Numbered from the stretch's first letter, positions 19,548-30,498 are shown. The stretch is 64,000 nt of DNA from Candidatus Woesearchaeota archaeon (GCA_038874135.1 JAVZCZ010000001.1:256001-320000), one strand, 5' to 3'. The notes: generated from the sequence alone by a model not told the origin. Numbers and translations are program-made.

Positions 19548-21140
19548 ATGAATAAGAAGTTTAGCTTAGAAACAATTGATATAATTTTTATAATAATTCT
19601 CCTAACGATTTCAACAATCATAAAAATTCAGACATATCCGGATGGCATCGCGATAGATGAAGCAAACCATTGGGCAGAAGTAAGACACCACAAAATCCTA
19701 GAAGTATACACAGGAAATTACAACTCTCCAATGCCTGAAAGCCCCCTCTTTTTTTATATAAACTATCTAATGATACGCATAAAAAATGACCTACTCATCT
19801 TCAGAATACCGCAAATACTCTTCTCATACGCCACAATAATACTATTCTACATATTCGCAAAAACATTCTTCAATCGATATACTGCATTTCTAGCATCATT
19901 TCTCCTAACTATCTCTCGTTCATTCAACTTAGTAAGCGCTTATGTAAACCCACATATTTATCAAATGTTTTTTTCTCTGGCTACGATAATAACATATATG
20001 TTAGCAGTCAAAGAAAAAAATGAAAAATATTTAATCTGGACTTTTATATTTGCAGCAATATGCTATCTTATAAACCCTTTAGGAGTTATAACAATTACTA
20101 CACTCATATTCTCATTGTTATTAGTCAAAAATAAATTCATTTATGTAAGTAAAAACAAAAGTAGTAAAAAATTAGTGGTATCAAAAAATTTAATATTTGG
20201 GTTATTAATATTTTTTTTGATAACGATAGTTATTTCACCTGGCCAATTTTTAAAAGGACGTTTTATTAAAGATACCTTATTACGAAGAAGTTTTATACAA
20301 GAAGAAAAAAGAAATATGAATATCCCTTCTTTTTCTTTTTCATTATTAATAACTTTATGGAATGTGAACGTGGGTTTTACAAAGGTCTTTATAATAATAG
20401 GAGCAATAGGAGCGATAATAATTTCATTTAAGAAAAAAATTCTATTGCCCCTTCTGATTTACCTTCTAACCTATTTATTCGTTATGTCATTTGCCAAAGG
20501 TGCTGTGACTTATACAGTTCATATTATTATGTTTTTATATATCTTTTTTTCAGAAATAGCATTCAAAATAATAAATATATTTTTTATTTTTGTGCATAAA
20601 GCTTTTTCAAACAAACTAAGTCTTATACAAAAAAAAGAAAGAATAAATACTTATTTAAGAATTTTAGGGCTTATTGTTATCCCGATACTTCTATTATTTT
20701 TATATGAAAGTGAAAAAAAATATTACAAATGTAATATGCAAACATCGCTAGGACACGAGCAAAGTAAAAAAGTGTATGAGTATATAAAAAGTAAAAACGA
20801 AAGCGGCGTTTATATACTTCTAGATGTTATTGCGAGTTCAATAAATTATTATGTAAGTAGGGATAAGGTTGATATTCATGTTTTTGGAATTAATCATTTG
20901 TCAAATTTTAGTTTAGAAATGATAAATGAGGCGCTTCCACCTGAACATTATTATTATGATTATATTGTTTTAGAAGATTATGATTATCTTAATAAAAATT
21001 CTAGTAGGTATACTACTTTTCAAAAAATAGAGGAAACATGTATTCTGGAAACAAAAATTACACGGTCAAGTTGTTTCGCTGATATTCGCAGAATGTCTAT
21101 TTTTAACTGCAAAAACATGACACTTACTTCTAAAAGTTAA
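19548..21140 (+). CDS. GT-C (ArnT/GT39-like) membrane glycosyltransferase
   Basis: IDEANH acidic motif after TM1, SPLFF, many TM helices. Confidence 0.75.
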   Translation: MNKKFSLETIDIIFIIILLTISTIIKIQTYPDGIAIDEANHWAEVRHHKILEVYTGNYNSPMPESPLFFYINYLMIRIKNDLLIFRIPQILFSYATIILFYIFAKTFFNRYTAFLASFLLTISRSFNLVSAYVNPHIYQMFFSLATIITYMLAVKEKNEKYLIWTFIFAAICYLINPLGVITITTLIFSLLLVKNKFIYVSKNKSSKKLVVSKNLIFGLLIFFLITIVISPGQFLKGRFIKDTLLRRSFIQEEKRNMNIPSFSFSLLITLWNVNVGFTKVFIIIGAIGAIIISFKKKILLPLLIYLLTYLFVMSFAKGAVTYTVHIIMFLYIFFSEIAFKIINIFFIFVHKAFSNKLSLIQKKERINTYLRILGLIVIPILLLFLYESEKKYYKCNMQTSLGHEQSKKVYEYIKSKNESGVYILLDVIASSINYYVSRDKVDIHVFGINHLSNFSLEMINEALPPEHYYYDYIVLEDYDYLNKNSSRYTTFQKIEETCILETKITRSSCFADIRRMSIFNCKNMTLTSKS

Positions 21141-21376
21141 TAACAAGCAAGAACCAAATTAAAAGAATTAAAAAACATTTAATTCAAAAGAAATTAAATT
21201 TACAATACGGTGGTTAGAGTGTAACAAAAAATGATTAAAAGAATATACGATTTTGAGAGTTAAAAAAATTATTATAGTAAACGAATTAGAATTTAAACAG
21301 AATGGAAAAGTATATTCTAAAATTGCATATTTAAAAAACGAAAATTTTTATAATACTCATACAATATTAAGATTTT

Positions 21377-22498
21377 GTGAGAATCCTAATATTTAACAAA
21401 TACTGTCCTAAGCATCCTCTGGCTGGAGGAGCTGAATTCAGATTATATGAAGTAATGAAGCGCATAGCTTTGAAAGGTAATAAAGTTTATCTGGTGTCAG
21501 CAATTTTTCCCGGAGCAAAGCGAAAAGAAATTCTGGATGGCATTCACATCTACAGAATAGGCCTGAGAACAGCTTACAATACTTTGTTTGTTCACATACT
21601 TGGAGTTTTTAGTATGCGGAGGTGGGTCAATAGATTTAAACCAGAAATAATTTTTGAAGATATAAGTCCACTTCCGTGGTTTTCTCCCTTAATTGTTCCT
21701 AAGAATAAAAAGGTAATTATAATGCATCATTTAAATGGAAAAACATTCTTTAAAACTCAAAGCCTAATTAAAGCGGCAATAGCGTATATTCTTGAAAAAT
21801 CAGTATTTGTATTATACAAAAAAGAAAGAATTATTGTTATAAATAAGTATTTAGAAGAGAAACTCAAAAACGAAGGTTTTCAGGACATAATTAGAATAGA
21901 AGATGGTGTTGATACAAAAAAGTATGTTCCTAACAAAAGGATTAAGACAAGAAATCCGACAGTGATATTCTTAGGAAGACTAGATAAGAGGAAGGGTGCA
22001 CACCTGCTATTGAAAACATATCAGAAAGTAAAAGAGAGCATTCCAAATGTTGAATACTGGATTGTGGGAGATGGAGTTGAAAGGAAAAAGTTGGAGCAGA
22101 TGGCAATACGAATTGGAGAGCTCGGACACGGCATAAAATTCTTAGGATTTAAGAGCGGCAGTGAAAAGATAAGGATAATACAAAAAAGTTGGCTGATTGC
22201 AGTTCCCTCACTTGCAGAAGGTTATGGCTTAGCTGTTCTTGAAGCAAATGCCTGCGGAGTTCCAGCAATTGCAAATAATGTTCCCGGACTTTCAGAATCA
22301 GTAATACACGAAAAAACAGGCATACTTGTAGATTGTTCAAATACAGAAATATTTGCTAAAAGGATTATAGAAATATTAAAAGATAAAAAGAGGTTAGATA
22401 AGATGGGCGGGAATGCTCGCAAGTTTGCACTCAACTACTCTTGGGATGAGTGCGCTGAAAAAACCTTACAAGTGCTAAAATCTGCGGTGAAAGATTGA
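21377..22498 (+). CDS. GT4 glycosyltransferase
   Basis: GGAE, GRLDKRKG, EGYGLAVLEANACGVP. Confidence 0.92.
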   Translation: MRILIFNKYCPKHPLAGGAEFRLYEVMKRIALKGNKVYLVSAIFPGAKRKEILDGIHIYRIGLRTAYNTLFVHILGVFSMRRWVNRFKPEIIFEDISPLPWFSPLIVPKNKKVIIMHHLNGKTFFKTQSLIKAAIAYILEKSVFVLYKKERIIVINKYLEEKLKNEGFQDIIRIEDGVDTKKYVPNKRIKTRNPTVIFLGRLDKRKGAHLLLKTYQKVKESIPNVEYWIVGDGVERKKLEQMAIRIGELGHGIKFLGFKSGSEKIRIIQKSWLIAVPSLAEGYGLAVLEANACGVPAIANNVPGLSESVIHEKTGILVDCSNTEIFAKRIIEILKDKKRLDKMGGNARKFALNYSWDECAEKTLQVLKSAVKD

Positions 22499-23424
22499 CA
22501 AGCAAGCTTTTAAGTATAATAATACCTAACTTTAATGGAGAAGAGAGCATAAGAGACACTATAAAGAGTGCTGAGCTTTCAGCAAGAGGAATAAAGTTTG
22601 AGGTAATAGTGGTTGACGACTGCTCCACAGATGATTCTCAAAAGATACTTAAAAGGATCAATAGAAACGACAGGAGATTAAAAGTTATAAATAACATTAA
22701 GAGAAGGGGAGCTGCCTTCTGCAGAAACATTGGAGCAAAAAAAGCTGAAGGCAAAGTTCTTCTGTTTATAGATAATGATGTATTCTTGAAAGGAGATACT
22801 GCTAAGAAACTGGTAAAATCTGCGCTGCATAATAGAGGAGTATCTTTTCCAAAGATAAGATTTAGTAACAGAAGGATAATGTGGCCAGCTTCAAAAGAGG
22901 AAGAGAAATTTTTAGGTATAAGTGCATGTTTTGCTATTCCTAAAAAGTTATTTAAAAGAGTTGGATTTTTTGATGAGGCTTATGAAACATATTTGGAAGA
23001 TGCCGATTTCTTTGTAAGATGCAAGCTAAACGGGGTTGGCTTTTATTATGAAAAAAATGCCGTGGCAATTCACAAGGTGCCGAAATTTTACGATGGAACC
23101 AGAAGGTATTTCTTAGAGAACAGAAACTTAACATATGGGATGTTAAAGTTTTTGAAAATTCCAAAAAAAGAAAAAAGTCCATTCGTGTTAAGTTCACTTT
23201 TAAAAAATCTTGTCTGCGGATTGTTTAATTTTAGATGGTTTGATTGGAGCTATTATGATAGAAATTTAAACTTTAAAGAAAAAGTTAATTTACTTTTTAG
23301 AAAGCATAGAAAACTCTCTCAAAATTGCGGTTGCTTTACAGTACTGGTGTTTTTTGTAGGAATAATAACTGGATTGTTTAGATTTTTTATTTCAAAATCA
23401 AAAACAACATTTATAAATAAATGA
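22495..23424 (+). CDS. GT2 glycosyltransferase
   Basis: SIIIPNFN, VVDDCSTD, FIDND, GFFDE...EDAD. Confidence 0.9.
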   Translation: MTSKLLSIIIPNFNGEESIRDTIKSAELSARGIKFEVIVVDDCSTDDSQKILKRINRNDRRLKVINNIKRRGAAFCRNIGAKKAEGKVLLFIDNDVFLKGDTAKKLVKSALHNRGVSFPKIRFSNRRIMWPASKEEEKFLGISACFAIPKKLFKRVGFFDEAYETYLEDADFFVRCKLNGVGFYYEKNAVAIHKVPKFYDGTRRYFLENRNLTYGMLKFLKIPKKEKSPFVLSSLLKNLVCGLFNFRWFDWSYYDRNLNFKEKVNLLFRKHRKLSQNCGCFTVLVFFVGIITGLFRFFISKSKTTFINK

Positions 23425-23443
23425 GTATAGTTACATACAGAGA

Positions 23444-24268
23444 ATGATCGTCCATTACCGCAAAATAAAAGAAGATAAAGGTTTAATGTTTTTGAGAAAA
23501 AGCTGGTTGAAATTTAAAAAAGATGTTTTTATTATAAAAACTTTAGCGCTTAATGAGTTTAAGCTTAGATATTTAAATGCAAAATTTGGTTACTTTTGGT
23601 TAGTTATCTCTCCGCTAGTGATGTTATTAGCATTATACATAGTGTTTTCTAAAGCAGTTCATATAGAAGTTCCACATTATCAGTTTTTTCTGCTTTTAGG
23701 TATTGTAATTTGGAATTTTTTTTCAGAAGCCACCTTGCAAGGAATGAATTCGTTAATAAACAACAAGGGGGTATTAAACTCAATCTCTATTTCAAAACAC
23801 TACTTAGTTATTGCTTCTTTTATTGCTTCATTACTATCATTTTTTATAAATTTAGGCATATTTTTTTTGTTTGAAATGGTAAGAGGAATAACATTCAAAT
23901 TATCTCATCTATTGTTTGCGTTGACCATTCTTGAATGCGCACTTTTGGTTTTAGGGATTTCGTTTATTTTATCTGTCGCTTATCCACTATCACGAGATGT
24001 TGCACATTTGTGGAATATATTCATAACTATTAGTTTTTGGGTTTCTCCAATTGTTTACAGAGAAACGCAAATTCCAAAGCAATACTTAAGATATTACATG
24101 CTTAACCCGATCGCCAGAATAGTGAATGAGGCAAGAGACATTTTAATATATGATTATGTTCCTTCAATAAAACAAATATTTATTACTATAGCTATAGTTT
24201 TAATAATTTTTATATTTGGTTTAATATATTTTAATAAAAAAGTAGATAAAGTTGTAGAAGCCCTATGA
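23444..24268 (+). CDS. wzm: ABC-2 polysaccharide export permease
   Basis: FKLRY...GYFWLVISPL, RDVAHLW, SPIVY, LNP. Confidence 0.9.
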   Translation: MIVHYRKIKEDKGLMFLRKSWLKFKKDVFIIKTLALNEFKLRYLNAKFGYFWLVISPLVMLLALYIVFSKAVHIEVPHYQFFLLLGIVIWNFFSEATLQGMNSLINNKGVLNSISISKHYLVIASFIASLLSFFINLGIFFLFEMVRGITFKLSHLLFALTILECALLVLGISFILSVAYPLSRDVAHLWNIFITISFWVSPIVYRETQIPKQYLRYYMLNPIARIVNEARDILIYDYVPSIKQIFITIAIVLIIFIFGLIYFNKKVDKVVEAL

Positions 24269-24277
24269 GGATAAAAA

Positions 24278-26215
24278 ATGAATGTAATAGAATTAGACAA
24301 TATTTCCAAAATATACGCTGCTAATAATTGTGAAAAAAGTATTTATGCTCTAAAAGATTTTAGTATAAAGATTAAAAAGGGAGAGATAGTAGGAATTATC
24401 GGACCTAATGGTTCTGGAAAAACAACACTCTTAAAAATAATTGCAGGAATTTTAAAGCCGGATTCTGGAAGGGTAATAGTTAAAGAAAAAATACTTCCAT
24501 TTATTGAGATGGGTTCCGGATTAAGATTAGAACTGAGCGGGAAAGAGAATATAAGAATGAATTGTGCCATGTTAGGAATACCACCTAATCAGATTGAAGA
24601 ACAAATGAAAAGAATAATCTCTTTTTCAGGATTATCTGAATTTATTGATGAACCAGTAAGAACTTACTCAAGTGGTATGAAAGCAAGACTCGTATTTAGC
24701 AGTTTTCTATTAAATGATTTTGATGTTTTATTAATTGATGAAGCAATTGCAGTTGGAGACGAGCTATTTCGTAATAAGAGTTTTAATTTATTACAAAAAT
24801 TAAAAAATTCAAAAAAAACTGTTTTAATCGTATCACATGACTTAAACATTATTCAAAAAAATTGTAACAGGGTTTTATACTTAGATAACGGGATAAAAAG
24901 AGAGTATGGTCCTCCGGAAAAAGTCATCAGTAAATATTTTGATGATTTATATAAAAGAGTAACAAAGAGATTTATCCAGAAATTTGAAAAAGTTGTAGAT
25001 GAACTTAAAAATTTAAAAAATAGTTCAGATGTGATTAAAGAAGAAAAAACTGAGGATGCTACTTTATTTGAAAAAATTAGAGCTTGGAGCGCAGAAAAAG
25101 AAAGAGAGAAAGTTTTAAAACGCATTAAAGAGTTAGAGTTTTGGTTAGAAGACAATTGTTACGAACAGATAAACATTTTAAATAAACAGTTAAGTTATAT
25201 AAATGAAAATTTAGAAAAAAGTAAAGATAATAGAATAAAATCTAGATTGCTGAAACAGAAAGTAAAGATATTAAAAATATTAGAAAGAATATTAACAGAA
25301 GATTATACACTCAAAAAAAATAATTTTGAAGAATTTAGTAAAGAGATAGTACTCTTAGTAAAAAATGGATTACAAGTAATAAAAGATAAAAAGAGAGAAT
25401 TGTTTGAACTTAGAAGATATAAAAATTTAATAGAACAGGAAGTGTCTGACAAAAGTGTCGTTAGAGAGCAATTAGATTATATTGAAAGTAGGTTACAATT
25501 GTTAATGTTGTTTGATGGAAGAGTATGCACTAATGATGAATTGAAAAAAATAAAAGAAACAGCCGAAGAAAATCCTCACGGCGGAATACAAATAGCACAA
25601 GATATTTTAAACAAGAAAGTATTAAGAATAGAAGAAGAATTAGTTCAAACAAAGTTCAGATTGGAAAATAAGAAAGAGAATTCTGTAAAATTAAAAAACA
25701 AGATGAAAAAATTAGAAAAACAAAAAGATAAAATACTAAAAATTCTGATAAGTATACAAAAACAATTGAAAATAAGAAGAGCAGAAGATACACTGAAAAT
25801 AATCAAGGTGAATTTGAAAACTAAAATCGGAAATACTTATAAAGAAACACAAACTTTTCAAACGCATGCAAAAATGAAAATTGAGATTGAGTATTATACA
25901 GAAAAAATAATTAAAGATCCAGTCTTCGGAATTGCTTTCTATAGTTACGATGGACGATTGATATATGGACCTAACACTGAGATAGACAAACTTTGTTTAA
26001 AAGAAATAGGAAGGAGAGGAAAGATAGAATACACAATAGAAAGATTACCTTTTTTGCCTGGGAAGTACATATTGACTGTAGCAGCACATACAAAAGATAA
26101 CTATATCCCCTATGATATAAGAAACAAAACTATAATATTTAGAGTTATGGGAGAAAATAGAGAGAACGGATTAATTCACATTGAAGGCAGATGGAAACAT
26201 TTTAGATATGTTTAA
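24278..26215 (+). CDS. wzt: Polysaccharide ABC ATPase with long coiled-coil insertion and C-terminal Wzt_C domain
   Basis: GPNGSGKTT, YSSGMKARL, LLIDE, VSHD; about 280 aa of K/E-rich helix; PVFGIAFY...LPFLPGKYILTVA Wzt_C. Confidence 0.9.
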   Translation: MNVIELDNISKIYAANNCEKSIYALKDFSIKIKKGEIVGIIGPNGSGKTTLLKIIAGILKPDSGRVIVKEKILPFIEMGSGLRLELSGKENIRMNCAMLGIPPNQIEEQMKRIISFSGLSEFIDEPVRTYSSGMKARLVFSSFLLNDFDVLLIDEAIAVGDELFRNKSFNLLQKLKNSKKTVLIVSHDLNIIQKNCNRVLYLDNGIKREYGPPEKVISKYFDDLYKRVTKRFIQKFEKVVDELKNLKNSSDVIKEEKTEDATLFEKIRAWSAEKEREKVLKRIKELEFWLEDNCYEQINILNKQLSYINENLEKSKDNRIKSRLLKQKVKILKILERILTEDYTLKKNNFEEFSKEIVLLVKNGLQVIKDKKRELFELRRYKNLIEQEVSDKSVVREQLDYIESRLQLLMLFDGRVCTNDELKKIKETAEENPHGGIQIAQDILNKKVLRIEEELVQTKFRLENKKENSVKLKNKMKKLEKQKDKILKILISIQKQLKIRRAEDTLKIIKVNLKTKIGNTYKETQTFQTHAKMKIEIEYYTEKIIKDPVFGIAFYSYDGRLIYGPNTEIDKLCLKEIGRRGKIEYTIERLPFLPGKYILTVAAHTKDNYIPYDIRNKTIIFRVMGENRENGLIHIEGRWKHFRYV

Positions 26216-26227
26216 CAAAAAAAGAAA

Positions 26228-28024
26228 ATGAAAAGCCAATTTAAAAATCCTGAGGAAATGCGGAAGTTTAAAAAACGAATGAAACAAGTTGCTCAAAAAT
26301 ATATTAGAAAATTGAAAAAGAACCGCCATATAATAGGCATTGCATTTGATGGATCTATAGTACATGGAAGAGTAACAAAGAATTCAGACATCGATATCTA
26401 TTGTTTTTATGAGCCCGCCTATTTTAAAAAGGAGATAGAAGGAAAAAAAGAATTTTACGATATAATAGACAAGTCTGGATTTATAGTTCAAATAAATAAT
26501 ATTTCAATAGAATTGTCTGACAAGAATATTTTTCATCAGTTGTTAAACAATTCACATGAAGAGTGGGTAAGGTACAAGAATCATTGTAGAATGCTATTGC
26601 CAGTTTATGATCCCCTAGGAAAAATTGCTGCCTTTAAAAGAAGAATGTCAAAAATTTACGATGAAGAATTGGCTTATATTCTTCCGATATATTTAAAGGA
26701 AATTGCGCTTACCAGTTCAGCAATACGAAAGTTTTCATTAATCCCGTTAAAAAAAAATGATGAGTTAATAAAAAATATATTTGCTTTAAGATGTGTATAT
26801 GCGTCTCTCTATGCTACTTACCTTGCGAATAGGAAATTGCCCCCATATCAGAATCCTCTTTTTAAATTTGAGATTTCCTCACTTAAAAACAAGCCCCTCT
26901 CTCTTTGCAGCCTATTAGAAAAAGGATCAAAGGATTATACGGGTATCGCTTTAAAAATTGCAGATGAAACATTAGGAATGTTTATCCCAATTGCCCAAGA
27001 TCTTTGTAGAAAAGTTGGAGTAAAATTGTATAATAATGAAGATTATTTAAAGATAGATGCTTATGCAATTTCTCAGTATGTCAAAGAAGAGTTCTTACAC
27101 GCTATAGAAGCAGATTTGGGAATTTTAAAAAGAAGGGAACTATTAAAAAAGAAATGCTTATATGACTACTATGCTTTTGCGTTAAGAAAAAATATTTATG
27201 ACGAAATGGCAAGAACAAAAGATCAGGCTAAGATTGAAAAAAAGATTGAAGAACTTATTAAAATTCTTAGGATCGGTTTAAAAAATAATTTTGATAATAA
27301 AGATATTTTAAAAGGCGAACTTGCAGATGTTCTTAACAAAAAAGCAGCACTTCCTTTTCTAAACATAAGAGAAAGAATAAAAGCAGAAGAAGAGGCAAGA
27401 GAGATAAGAAATACTATAAAAAATTATAATACAGACCCGAATTTGATCAGGAAGAAAATTGAAGAATATGAATTATTAATGCGGGAATTAAAACTAAAAA
27501 CAAACGACAAACTTACTATCACAAAAATAAAAAATTACATTAGAATTCTAAAAGAGGACCTGAGGAAAAACAAAAATAGAGAGGCATTAACAAAAAAATT
27601 AGGGATTATAAAAATAAGAAATGTGAAATTCTTGAATAAAAAAATGTATCCATCTCATATTTTCAGATCGGGAGATCAGATGATAATTAAAATAGATTAT
27701 CATGCACTTAGAAAAGTAGAAAATCCTGTTTTCGGCATCGCTTTTTATAGTGAAGATGGCGTACACATCGCGGGCCCGAACACTAGATTTAGTGGTCTAA
27801 AGATAAAGTATGTAAAAGGAAAAGGCAGTGTATTTTTCAAAATTAATAAACTGCCATTGTTGGAAGGAAAATATTTTGTTACAGTAGCAGTCCACCCATA
27901 TAAGTCGTTTGAACCTTATGATGTACATATAAAGCGGTATAGCTTTAAAGTTGTAGATTCTCCGCCTGAGCCGGGATTCTTACATCTTGATTCGGAATGG
28001 ATAATAAGTAAGCAAAAGCAGTAA
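26228..28024 (+). CDS. Nucleotidyltransferase-like N-terminus, helical region and C-terminal Wzt_C domain fusion
   Basis: GIAFDGSIVHGRVTKNSDIDI (GS...DxD); C-terminus PVFGIAFYSEDG...LPLLEGKYFVTVA similar to the adjacent Wzt C-terminus. Confidence 0.7.
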   Translation: MKSQFKNPEEMRKFKKRMKQVAQKYIRKLKKNRHIIGIAFDGSIVHGRVTKNSDIDIYCFYEPAYFKKEIEGKKEFYDIIDKSGFIVQINNISIELSDKNIFHQLLNNSHEEWVRYKNHCRMLLPVYDPLGKIAAFKRRMSKIYDEELAYILPIYLKEIALTSSAIRKFSLIPLKKNDELIKNIFALRCVYASLYATYLANRKLPPYQNPLFKFEISSLKNKPLSLCSLLEKGSKDYTGIALKIADETLGMFIPIAQDLCRKVGVKLYNNEDYLKIDAYAISQYVKEEFLHAIEADLGILKRRELLKKKCLYDYYAFALRKNIYDEMARTKDQAKIEKKIEELIKILRIGLKNNFDNKDILKGELADVLNKKAALPFLNIRERIKAEEEAREIRNTIKNYNTDPNLIRKKIEEYELLMRELKLKTNDKLTITKIKNYIRILKEDLRKNKNREALTKKLGIIKIRNVKFLNKKMYPSHIFRSGDQMIIKIDYHALRKVENPVFGIAFYSEDGVHIAGPNTRFSGLKIKYVKGKGSVFFKINKLPLLEGKYFVTVAVHPYKSFEPYDVHIKRYSFKVVDSPPEPGFLHLDSEWIISKQKQ

Positions 28025-28027
28025 TGG

Positions 28028-29224
28028 TCATGTCAGCTTTTTAAAAAAAAGTAGCGGAGCCATAAGCTTGTGAATGTGAGCGTTCATTTCAATGTTATCG
28101 CATTCTTTTTTACATCCTGAACGGGCATGTGGATCATTTCCAATGTATTTAAAGAAATTTCCTTCTTTTTTATATTTAAATGTTTTTTTTCTAAAAAAGT
28201 TTTGCTTTTCTCCATACCATATGTCTTTAAAATTCTCTTTAAAAATATTTCCTGAAGGAATTCTATGAGCTTTTAAACAGGGTATAACATTACCATTAGC
28301 CATTATTCTGGCAAAAGTCCAGCCTGCGTAACAAGGCATTGAATCTACCACGATATTATCATAACTGGTATATTTTATCATGTTTTGCAAACGAATTTTT
28401 AACAGTTCAATATTTTTAACTTTTGTTTTGCTTTGATAAGTTGTTTCCAATTGATTAGTTAATAAGTCTAACTCTGAAATTTCTTTTAAAAGAACTTTAG
28501 CTTGTTTTTTGCTAATCTGCAAAAAAGAAGTTTTTTTAGGTATAATATCTACAGGAGTAAAATCAACTGAATCGGCACCAACTTCAAAAGCAAATTTTAT
28601 CATTTCATTAAATTCATGAGCATTAACATTCATAAGAACATTATGTATATTTACAAAAGGCTTACTAACATGGTTTACTTTTTTTATTTCATTTAAAAAT
28701 TTAAGATTTTCTTTTAACTTAAAAAAAGTATTAGGTTCACTACCCAAGTGAGTTTTGTTATAAGTTTCAGCAGTAGCTGCCCATATACTAATATTCATTT
28801 CGTCAACACCAAGTCCGACCAGTTCTCTTAACATTTTCTTACTTAAGAGAGTAAAATTAGTGCTCATTGCACATCTCATTCCATACTTTTTTATTAGTTT
28901 TATAACTTGCATGCTATTAGAATGCATAAATGGCTCTCCACCACCTGTCAGATATACTTCTCTGACGCCCAACTCATTAAATTCTTTAACAAGCTCTTCT
29001 ATTTTTTTAAAAGGTATCTCTTGTTTAATTTCCTCAGGAGACATTGCTAAATCTTTTAAAAAGGGGGAGCGACACCAGCAGGCAATACATCGGTTATTAC
29101 ATTTATTAGTCAAGTCAATTTGCACAATAAGAGGGCCTGTGATTGATCTGCCTGCTAGAACACCTAATCCGATAAGAAAGTAATGTTTTAAACTTTTTAT
29201 TTTTCTTACAAGTTCCAATTTCAC
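28028..29224 (-). CDS. Radical SAM protein with SPASM/Twitch-type C-terminus (paralog 3)
   Basis: CNNRCIACW, GGGEPF, PCYAGW...NGNVIPC...CKKECDN. Confidence 0.9.
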   Translation of the reverse strand: MKLELVRKIKSLKHYFLIGLGVLAGRSITGPLIVQIDLTNKCNNRCIACWCRSPFLKDLAMSPEEIKQEIPFKKIEELVKEFNELGVREVYLTGGGEPFMHSNSMQVIKLIKKYGMRCAMSTNFTLLSKKMLRELVGLGVDEMNISIWAATAETYNKTHLGSEPNTFFKLKENLKFLNEIKKVNHVSKPFVNIHNVLMNVNAHEFNEMIKFAFEVGADSVDFTPVDIIPKKTSFLQISKKQAKVLLKEISELDLLTNQLETTYQSKTKVKNIELLKIRLQNMIKYTSYDNIVVDSMPCYAGWTFARIMANGNVIPCLKAHRIPSGNIFKENFKDIWYGEKQNFFRKKTFKYKKEGNFFKYIGNDPHARSGCKKECDNIEMNAHIHKLMAPLLFFKKLT

Positions 29225-29237
29225 ACCTTTCTAATTT

Positions 29238-30488
29238 TTAGATTATTTTTTTCATAATCTTATCAAATAAATTAAGAGAATTAAGCATGTCTTCGGTATC
29301 TTGATTTAATGCAATGTTATCACATGTTTTAAAACAATTTGTTGTTAGGAAGAAAGAATCTTTTGTTTTATCATTTTTGTATCGACGTCTTATGTCAGCA
29401 AGTTTAGCATTATTCCATATCTCTTTAAAGCTCTGTTTGTAAATATTGCCCAAAACTTCATCAGATTTAAGACAAAAGTTAACATCACCATTAGCAAGTA
29501 TTCTGCTATATGTCCATCCTGCATAACAAGGAATATTGTTAATTACCTCGCACTCATATTCACCCTTTCCTGCATTTTTGCTTAACATTCTGGTTATAAA
29601 TCTATCATAATCAAGTATAAAAAGGTTAGATTTTGAAAGATTGGTTTCATCTTCATCAATTATCTGCTTTGCTTTTTTTATTTTTTGTATTACTTCTTTT
29701 CTTTGTTTTTCGTTTAATATGAGAAATTCTGTTTTGCCAGAGATTGGATCAACTGGAACAAACTGCACTGAATCAGCTTCTACTTCTAGTCCAAGTCGGG
29801 CCATGTCTTCTATTTCAGTATAGTTCCAGCTCGTTATTACATTGTAAAGATTTACGTGTGGCGTATGCCGAATTCTCTTAATACTAGCTAAGTATTTTAA
29901 ATTATCTTTGATTTGAAGAAAAGTTGAAACATTTTTATTAGGATGCATCTTTACATACATTTCAGGTGATGCGGCCCAAAGACTTACGTTGATTTGATCA
30001 AAATTAATGGATACAAGTTCGTCTATCATTTCTTTATTTAATAGAGTAAAGTTGGTATTTATGTCACATTCAAAACCAAGTTTTTTTGCATATTTCAGAA
30101 TTTGCATTATTTCAGGATGAAGAAAAGGTTCTCCTCCCCCACCAAAATATAATTTACGGGTTCCTAATGAGTGCAATTCACGCATAACCTTTTTTATTAT
30201 ATCAAAAGATAATTCTTGTTTTTTCCATTCGCGCAAATCTTTTGAATCTTCTAAATAGGGTGAACCAACCCAGCAGGCGATGCAATTATTATTACACTTA
30301 TTAGTTATGTTAATTTGCACTAGTGTTGGACCGGTGAATGTTTTATAGACTGAATCTATCCCTTTTGCAATTCTAAGATTATGAAAGTAATATTTTAAAC
30401 CTCTTATAATGTCACTTCTTTTATATTCTAAGTAATCTAAGTGTGTGCGAAAGTGTACAGGAAGTTTTTTTCTTCGCCTTATTAGCAT
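29238..30488 (-). CDS. Radical SAM protein with SPASM/Twitch-type C-terminus (paralog 2)
   Basis: CNNNCIACW, GGGEPF, PCYAGW...NGDVNFC...CFKTCDN. Confidence 0.9.
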   Translation of the reverse strand: MLIRRRKKLPVHFRTHLDYLEYKRSDIIRGLKYYFHNLRIAKGIDSVYKTFTGPTLVQINITNKCNNNCIACWVGSPYLEDSKDLREWKKQELSFDIIKKVMRELHSLGTRKLYFGGGGEPFLHPEIMQILKYAKKLGFECDINTNFTLLNKEMIDELVSINFDQINVSLWAASPEMYVKMHPNKNVSTFLQIKDNLKYLASIKRIRHTPHVNLYNVITSWNYTEIEDMARLGLEVEADSVQFVPVDPISGKTEFLILNEKQRKEVIQKIKKAKQIIDEDETNLSKSNLFILDYDRFITRMLSKNAGKGEYECEVINNIPCYAGWTYSRILANGDVNFCLKSDEVLGNIYKQSFKEIWNNAKLADIRRRYKNDKTKDSFFLTTNCFKTCDNIALNQDTEDMLNSLNLFDKIMKKII

Positions 30489-30498
30489 AGTTTTCGCC

